A stretch of DNA of 64,000 bases from Terracidiphilus sp. (GTDB lineage: Bacteria; Acidobacteriota; Terriglobia; Terriglobales; Acidobacteriaceae): positions 26,310 through 90,309 of the forward strand of contig DASZXD010000042.1 in the NCBI GenBank assembly GCA_035546015.1, in the 5' to 3' direction. This document shows, in pieces, positions 57,912-64,000 of the stretch; the first letter of the stretch is position 1, and each line of letters opens with the position of its first letter. The translations under genes and the position numbers were made by a program. The notes beneath the pieces were generated by a model. That model was not told the DNA's origin. It saw nothing but the letters and a program-made list of their open reading frames with translations, and made no database searches.

Positions 57912-58703
57912 TTACTGTGCGTCGCGTTCTGTCTGCCGGACGATGATACGGATCAATTCGTTGTCTTGCGGTGGAAGACGCACTGACAGGTGAACAAGAT
58001 CGAGTGCTTCACCGGCGAGAATCGCTACTCCGCTTATTGGATCTTCGTTCTGTTGAAGATGGGAATTTGTGCCGAGCCCCATGGTGTTGGCAGGAGTCAC
58101 GTATTCGACGATCTCTTTGCTTCGATAGGTCAGCTTGTCGGTTGGATACGGGCCGGAAGGAAATGCGCTAGCAGGCTCAATGCCCTCGGCAATCACATTC
58201 TGCACAAAGTCTCTATGCGCCGGATAGACTCGCGCAATGAACCGTGCGACTTCAAACCGACCCGAAGTATCACCCTCGATGCTGGAGATTTGAATCGCTG
58301 ATCCGGCGAAGCCTCTCCAACGATTCGAAAACAGATCGGCTCTGTGAATCGGATCAGGGCTCACGTAGAGGCTGCTGCCATTCGAGCCATAAGTTCCGAA
58401 GCAATGCCACCCGCGTGGGGCAAGAACACCTATGCCATCCTTCGCTTTATAGTATGCGAGCTTTCGCGCTGCCTCTTTAGGGATGTCTACAGCTTTGCTT
58501 CTGCGGGATGGCGCGCTCTGTGGGCCTGTTTCGCCATCGGAATTGCAGCCCACGAAAGGAATAAGCGCTGTTGCGCCGTGCGCTTGCAAAAGAACTTTTT
58601 GAGCAATCAATGACTGCTGCAAACCAAGTGCATATAGAGCGATCACAACACCGATTGACACCCAGTGGCATCTGCACTGCCTCTCTGAGATTTGCTTATG
58701 CAT
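57912..58703 (-). CDS. Hypothetical exported or membrane-anchored protein
   Basis: A 263-aa ORF with an N-terminal hydrophobic segment (WVSIGVVIALYALGL). Its composition looks coding. I recognised no family motif. Confidence 0.5.
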   Translation of the reverse strand: MHKQISERQCRCHWVSIGVVIALYALGLQQSLIAQKVLLQAHGATALIPFVGCNSDGETGPQSAPSRRSKAVDIPKEAARKLAYYKAKDGIGVLAPRGWHCFGTYGSNGSSLYVSPDPIHRADLFSNRWRGFAGSAIQISSIEGDTSGRFEVARFIARVYPAHRDFVQNVIAEGIEPASAFPSGPYPTDKLTYRSKEIVEYVTPANTMGLGTNSHLQQNEDPISGVAILAGEALDLVHLSVRLPPQDNELIRIIVRQTERDAQ

Positions 58704-58766
58704 CGTTCATCCGCCCGGTTGATCCGCTGATGTCTCCCATAAGATCATAAACAGGAGCCGATGTAA

Positions 58767-61700
58767 CTATGGATGTGCGGGCACAGCGCTCAAAGTGTGT
58801 GTCGCATAAATGGTAATCTCAGTGAGCAGGCCAGAAGGCAACAGCGGTGAATTGCTCTCATAGTTATCTATATTTGTGGTTGCGTAATGCTTTGCGCCAG
58901 GTTGGCTGTCACCGATGAGACGATTCGGCCACAGGTTGGACACCTCAATCTCGACTGAGTTATCGCCAACATGAAGAGCCTGATCTATGCGAACGCGAAA
59001 TGGAGGATGCCACAAAGTCGCCACAGGCTTGCCGTCGATGAGCACCGTCGCCACTTCGCGCACCTCACCAAGATCGAGCCACAGCTGATTGTCCTGTTTG
59101 AGAGAGGAGCCGGGTACCTGCAGGGTAGCTCTGTACGTTGCTGTTCCAGAAAAGTAGCGGATACCTGGATCGGGCGACTCGGTCCATGACACAAATTTGC
59201 TGATGCGCATAGATGCAGGCGCACCCCAGTTTGGAGGAAACGCAAGCGTCCACGTGGAACCAAATTTCGGCAATCCTGCAGCCTCGGAAACGGTGTATTG
59301 ATGCGAAGAGCCGTCAGAAAAGCGCAGCCTGTATGTGCCTGGATCAGTTGCAATGATCTTTGCGTCTGTACTGGAAACGAGCCCGCTGCCCGGAAGAATA
59401 GAAGGAAAGACTTCAACGCCATCTCGCTCGACTCGGACAGCATGTACTGGCGACGCGTGCTCGAAGACAATAAAGACCGAACCATAGGCAGGAAATGAAA
59501 GGGGAATCTCTGTACGTCTGCCATTTTCACGATAAACGGGCGCCGCGGCCATTGCGCCGCTGTCGATCTGCCACAACGCAGGCGCACGACCATGAATGCG
59601 AAAGTTGAGAATGGCCTGCGCCGGAACATTCTGCTTGTTTCTTACAAAATAGATATCTGCGTCAGATGTCTGACGATGAACGAAGTCGAGTTGCGCTGGA
59701 CCTTCAACTTCGAGATCTGGCTGCACGCCAAAAGCCTCGAGAGCAGCATGCGCATCGAGCGTGCAATAGATGCGGCCGGCGCCATATAAGGCAATGGATA
59801 CGCCTTTGCAGCCGCTCCACATGCGATCGGCAATTGCCTTGTATTGTTTCTCCTCCGATACTGAGAGCAGACCGAGTGCACGCGTAGGCTGTGGCCCAAC
59901 CAGCAATCCACCTTCACGCACATACTTTTCGATCCAGATCAGACTCGCCAGCGATAGAAATCCCGAACGCGGCAAAGCAAGCACGCGATAGGAAAGACCC
60001 TCCGGCGTTTTCACTCCACCGGATACGGGAATCATGCGGTGCAACAGTGCATCTTGCGAGGTAACGTCGTAGTCGTAACCGGGTAGCACATGTGCCGGAT
60101 CATCCGATTTGAGCCGCGCGAATTCAGGAATCTGCTCACCGGCATAGTAGAGCAGATCAGAGACCGGGCGGCCTTGCTGCATAAGGAACTGCGCACGATT
60201 CATCGCCAAAAGTACAGGCCCGGCCTGTCTCCACCAGGTTGTATTCGGATTAAGGTGGGTTCCAGCGAAGTATTCCCTCCCCGGAAGGCCGAACTCCTGC
60301 GGCTCGGAGGTGAACTCGTGCCAGTAAAGACGATTGAGCCCTTCAGTCAACGCCTGATCGAATGTGGGTTTCAAGTTCAGGCCCGGCGACTCAGACCAGG
60401 GAAGGCCCAAACTCGTGAACCCCTCAGCTGCGACGAAAGGCTTGCCATAGATATGCGCGGCGCTCGACGCTTCCTTTACAAAGAAGCGCTCTTCATCAGT
60501 AACGCGATGGCGGTCTGACATTGCCCAGAACTCCGTCTGCGGAAAGGACGAATTGCGAAAGGTTTCGAGCGCGTCGATTGGCACTCCGTGTGGACCGCCA
60601 GACTCGGAATGGGTTCCAAGTCCGACGTGCGCGGCAAGTTGTGCAAAATAGTCATAGTGATTTTCGGCTACGAGGTCGGCGACGGTTCTACGCAGATCAT
60701 AAAGGAAGCGATTCGTTGTTGCGCGGTCATTGACAATACGACCTGCAAGTGTGGGCAGATAGGGCAGCGGATCGTAGCCGCGTCGCTTGCGGAACTCGTC
60801 ACGAAAACCTTCGGTCCAGTTCTCGCCGCCGAGTTCTTCCCAACTGTCTTCGACCAGATAGCACAGGCTGCTACCGATGTATGGTTTCGCATCGACAATC
60901 AGGGGCATGAGGACCTGATTCCAGTAGTGATCGAACGCTGTGCGGCTCATGTAGTCCATCATGAGTCCTTGCCATGCACCGCTGCTTGTGGAGACGAGTG
61001 AGCCGGAGTCCGTGTAGCCAACGCGCAATACTTCCCATGTGCCAAAGGGAAAGCTCCAATCGAGCTTCGCACCGTCTGCAGTGAATGCGGTCACGTCAAC
61101 TACGTCACTCGTGCGCATGTCTTCTTCGCCGCTCACAGACGGTAACTCACGCAGGGTCTTTGAGGAGAGTTGCATGGACAGACCAGTGTCTTTCTCAGTC
61201 GTCTTGTGATCGAGGTCGAGAATTGCACGGCGGCTGCTTGCTGGCTCGCCCGGCAGTGGTGTACCGTGCCGCAATGGATAGGCCAGGACTGCTATCTGGC
61301 GATAAAATCCGTTCTTCATGGGCGGTGCCGCCAACTGTATCGATCGCTGGCTGCCTCCGATGACAATTGTGCGCGAAAAGGTGAGGACTTTCGCTGCATC
61401 CTCGGGACGCACGCCCGGCCCACCCAGATTCCATCCACTAGTTGCGTTGAGGCTGATTTCAAGACCGAGCTTTTTCGATGTGCTAAGCGCATAGAGAAAT
61501 AGCTTGACCCACTGTGGACTACCGAAGAGCGGACCAGAGGGAACACTGTGATTCCCACCCTGATCTGCCCCATTGGCATCCACAAGAATCGCGCCGCCAT
61601 AGCCCTTCGCTTTCATCTCGGTCAGGTCGCGGAGGATTGCGGCTTCTGTGGTGTTTCCGTTGAGCCACCACCAGTAGCAACGCAGTTTGGCGCTCTGCGG

Positions 61701-61814
61701 CGGAGCCTCAAAACCATTACGGAGAGCAACAGAAGATTGCGACGAAAGTGTGCTGATGAAATACCCCAGCACAAGAAAGATGCTTACACGACGCAGCAAG
61801 CGAATCAATTTCAT
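58767..61814 (-). CDS. Large secreted glycoside hydrolase, GH106-like (putative alpha-L-rhamnosidase), with a C-terminal jelly-roll/galactose-binding-like domain
   Basis: The likely start is ATG 61814 (MKLIRLLRRVSIFLVLGYFISTLSSQSS, GGAAAGGG ribosome-binding site). The longest ORF (GTG at 61865) overlaps the SGNH gene stop by 4 nt. The N-terminal block FEAPPQSAKLRCYWWWLNGNTTEAAILRDLTEMKAKGYGG and the C-terminal block RYFSGTATYRATLQVP...LDLGEVREVATVLIDGKPV...SNLWPNRLIGD match my recollection of this family. Confidence 0.55.
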   Translation of the reverse strand: MKLIRLLRRVSIFLVLGYFISTLSSQSSVALRNGFEAPPQSAKLRCYWWWLNGNTTEAAILRDLTEMKAKGYGGAILVDANGADQGGNHSVPSGPLFGSPQWVKLFLYALSTSKKLGLEISLNATSGWNLGGPGVRPEDAAKVLTFSRTIVIGGSQRSIQLAAPPMKNGFYRQIAVLAYPLRHGTPLPGEPASSRRAILDLDHKTTEKDTGLSMQLSSKTLRELPSVSGEEDMRTSDVVDVTAFTADGAKLDWSFPFGTWEVLRVGYTDSGSLVSTSSGAWQGLMMDYMSRTAFDHYWNQVLMPLIVDAKPYIGSSLCYLVEDSWEELGGENWTEGFRDEFRKRRGYDPLPYLPTLAGRIVNDRATTNRFLYDLRRTVADLVAENHYDYFAQLAAHVGLGTHSESGGPHGVPIDALETFRNSSFPQTEFWAMSDRHRVTDEERFFVKEASSAAHIYGKPFVAAEGFTSLGLPWSESPGLNLKPTFDQALTEGLNRLYWHEFTSEPQEFGLPGREYFAGTHLNPNTTWWRQAGPVLLAMNRAQFLMQQGRPVSDLLYYAGEQIPEFARLKSDDPAHVLPGYDYDVTSQDALLHRMIPVSGGVKTPEGLSYRVLALPRSGFLSLASLIWIEKYVREGGLLVGPQPTRALGLLSVSEEKQYKAIADRMWSGCKGVSIALYGAGRIYCTLDAHAALEAFGVQPDLEVEGPAQLDFVHRQTSDADIYFVRNKQNVPAQAILNFRIHGRAPALWQIDSGAMAAAPVYRENGRRTEIPLSFPAYGSVFIVFEHASPVHAVRVERDGVEVFPSILPGSGLVSSTDAKIIATDPGTYRLRFSDGSSHQYTVSEAAGLPKFGSTWTLAFPPNWGAPASMRISKFVSWTESPDPGIRYFSGTATYRATLQVPGSSLKQDNQLWLDLGEVREVATVLIDGKPVATLWHPPFRVRIDQALHVGDNSVEIEVSNLWPNRLIGDSQPGAKHYATTNIDNYESNSPLLPSGLLTEITIYATHTLSAVPAHP

Positions 61815-61861
61815 CCCTTTCCAGGCAGGCCTTTGCATACTTTGCTGACGCGCTCTCGCAA

Positions 61862-63181
61862 TCACTGGTGCGACGGTTGTAGATTGTCAGAACGGCTATG
61901 TGGAGTTGTAAAAAGGCCAAGGTCAATACCGTTGGCCATAGCCGCATAACCCTCGTCATTGGGATGAACGGAGTCGCCCGAGTCATATCGCGGCAAAAGC
62001 TGCGAAGGGTGATCTGGATCTCGCGTAATCCGATCAAAATCTATGACTCCATCGAATAGTCTGGAAGCGCGAATCCATTCGTTCAGAGTGTTTCGAGTGG
62101 CTTCACCCTCAGCTGAGGCGCAGTGCGGGTTGCGGCAGTCAGGCATCTGTGTAGCGCCGTAGACCCGGATTCCACGCTCATGTGCGAGATGCACCATCTG
62201 TGACAGCGCCCACTCGAGTTGGGCATTGAGGTCGGTGTAGGGCTGATGCTGTCGAGTCACTGCTTCGATGTCGTTGATGCCTTCGAACAGAATCAGATAC
62301 CGGACACCGCTACGACTGAGGACATCGCGCTCGAAGCGGGATAGTGCATTGGGTCCGGTGCCATCGAGCAGCACACGGTTCCCGCTGATACCGCTGTCGA
62401 CCACGGCCAGCACGCCAGCTTGGCGCGCTTTTGGATCCGCCTGCAGGCGAGCGGCAAGAACGTCAGGCCAGCGGCGATTAGCGTTCGGCGTGGAGTGGTT
62501 GCCGTCTGTAATTGAATCGCCCAATGCAACAACCGCCGAATTGCCGGGCGCGTAGACATCTACGCCGCTTAGAACGTACCAGGTCCGTTCGGACCAGGAA
62601 CTGCCTGAGAGAGTGGATGCGCCGGTCGCATTGCCTAAGGCCGCGAAAGAAAGCTGCTGTGTCACGGAATGAACTGTTGACAGCCGGGTGTGCTCAGGAA
62701 AGTAGAGGCTAATAGCGAGATCGGAGAGCGGCGGCACATCGAGCGCTACGGGGTCGCTGACGATGGTGGCTCCTGGAGGAATCGTGACCGATTCGCGAAC
62801 GTTAAATTTCAGAGCACGGTCTGTTTCTGAGCGTACTGCGCTCCCATCGGTAGCGGCCAGCGGGTCGGTATAGGCACATACCGCAATGTGCGCCGCGTCA
62901 ATGCGGAGCGGCACGGCTCCGAATTGGTTGGAGAGCCAGATGCGCACTTTAGGTCCTCCAAGAGTAGTGTGAATAATGAGGCGCAGTGTCTGGCCTGAGA
63001 CGTCTGGTGCACCCTCGCCGGTACTCATCATCGAAGCGCCCCAGGTTGCCACCCATGGCGACTGCTCGGCCTGCACTTCATTGGAATCGCGCCCAGCAGC
63101 GAATGAGACATCGGCCATAAGTAACAAAGAGGCCATGAGTGCACACATTATTCGTACTGTCCCAGGGGGAAATATGGCCAA
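61862..63181 (-). CDS. Secreted SGNH/GDSL-family hydrolase (carbohydrate esterase-like) with an N-terminal beta-sandwich domain
   Basis: Block I is VVALGDSITDG, block III is GISGNR, and block V is DSVHPNDEGY. The N-terminus is a signal-like segment (MCALMASLLLMADVSFAAG). Confidence 0.8.
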   Translation of the reverse strand: MAIFPPGTVRIMCALMASLLLMADVSFAAGRDSNEVQAEQSPWVATWGASMMSTGEGAPDVSGQTLRLIIHTTLGGPKVRIWLSNQFGAVPLRIDAAHIAVCAYTDPLAATDGSAVRSETDRALKFNVRESVTIPPGATIVSDPVALDVPPLSDLAISLYFPEHTRLSTVHSVTQQLSFAALGNATGASTLSGSSWSERTWYVLSGVDVYAPGNSAVVALGDSITDGNHSTPNANRRWPDVLAARLQADPKARQAGVLAVVDSGISGNRVLLDGTGPNALSRFERDVLSRSGVRYLILFEGINDIEAVTRQHQPYTDLNAQLEWALSQMVHLAHERGIRVYGATQMPDCRNPHCASAEGEATRNTLNEWIRASRLFDGVIDFDRITRDPDHPSQLLPRYDSGDSVHPNDEGYAAMANGIDLGLFTTPHSRSDNLQPSHQ

Positions 63182-63412
63182 AACCCGTCCTCACTTTCCA
63201 GAATGTGGAGAGTATCGACTCGACAGCCACCCGACAGCAAGTGAGTTTACGGTAAGCCTACGGTGAAGTGCTTTGCTCCCTCTTATAAATGCTCGTGATT
63301 TGCTGTAGTAAATCAAAGATCAACAATTTTCGATGATATGCTGGCTGGGGTTTTCTGAAGACTGTTGTAGCAGTGACTTTCAACAACTGACACGAGAAGA
63401 CCAATCCAAGTT

Positions 63413-64000
63413 ATGGAGTGGAAACAAGTAGACGTGCGAATGGGACCAAGAGTTATTGGATCAACGATTGCCCTGCTCTTTACGCTGATGCCGGGTGCAA
63501 CTCAGGGACAGCACAAGACTGTGGACGGAAAACTGCAATATGAAGAGACTATCGGGAATGCACGCTATCCGGAGCTGGTGTACTGGTTCGTTACCCCAGA
63601 GGTCCTTTCTCCTAAGCGATACTCTGACGATATCCATCACATCGCCACGGATACAGTCTTTGACTTCCCTTTTTTGACTGCGCGGAATGGTGTTCACTTT
63701 TTCGACAGCCCGGAGGCGCACCAGGCAGTCGCCGGAATTGTTCAGAAGGCGCATCGCAATGGACTGCGCATCGGAGCGACTCTGCCCGTAGATGAAGTCG
63801 ATTCGCTCAGGAAGATTCCTCTGGATGACTCACAGACTGCTGTATCGGACTCAGAGACGACACTGGACGCAAACGGGCATGCGACGTTTCAGTCCAGCAT
63901 TCGGCTGCGATCTGCGAAGGCTGAAAAGACTGAGCTGTCGCGAGTGTTTCTATTTCGCAAAGCGGGACCTGGCCAATACGACCCTGCGACATTGATCGAT
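63413..64000 (+). CDS. Hypothetical secreted protein, partial (continues beyond the right window edge)
   Basis: Absent from the ORF track because it has no stop in the window. ATG 63413 opens MEWKQVDVRMGPRVIGSTIALLFTLMPGATQGQHKTVDGKLQYEETIGNARYPELVYWFVTPEVL..., and the frame stays open for 196 codons to position 64000. The N-terminus is signal-peptide-like. The family is not recognised. Confidence 0.5.
   Translation, partial: MEWKQVDVRMGPRVIGSTIALLFTLMPGATQGQHKTVDGKLQYEETIGNARYPELVYWFVTPEVLSPKRYSDDIHHIATDTVFDFPFLTARNGVHFFDSPEAHQAVAGIVQKAHRNGLRIGATLPVDEVDSLRKIPLDDSQTAVSDSETTLDANGHATFQSSIRLRSAKAEKTELSRVFLFRKAGPGQYDPATLID

Overview
This is a gene-dense, fairly high-GC bacterial chromosomal segment. 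Its content suggests a soil Acidobacteriota (Terriglobia-type) genome. Supporting signs are three large SusD-less TonB-dependent receptors with N-terminal carboxypeptidase-regulatory-like domains, an ECF sigma factor overlapping a Ser/Thr kinase-TPR gene, a GloVer-repeat protein, and a very high density of secreted glycoside hydrolases. The hydrolase families I recognise are GH27, GH35, GH116, GH51, GH39, GH43, GH92, a GH106-like enzyme and a decayed GH3. I found no rRNA, tRNA, CRISPR array, transposase, integrase or prophage genes.

The window reads as a patchwork of glycan-utilisation loci interleaved with housekeeping genes (mtnA, mscL, a cfa-like methyltransferase, an aldo/keto reductase and MFS transporters).

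The most notable observations are:
- A Tat-signal GH116 gene overlaps (ATGA) a CobW-like G3E GTPase gene.
- A polyglycine-hydrolase-like protein combines tandem repeats with a beta-lactamase fold.
- A GntR-headed locus couples a TonB-dependent receptor, GH39 and an acid-sugar MFS transporter to an enolase-superfamily dehydratase, a FAH-like protein and a beta-hydroxyacid dehydrogenase. The same locus carries two independent inactivating lesions: a 1-nt deletion in the receptor, and a nonsense mutation plus truncation in GH3.
- An anaerobic sulfatase-maturase homolog has a SEC-C zinc tail and no sulfatase nearby.
- A decayed response-regulator remnant lies next to that maturase gene.

Many long ORFs in the supplied track are antisense shadows of real genes and were rejected. 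All family calls rest on motif recognition by eye, with no database search.
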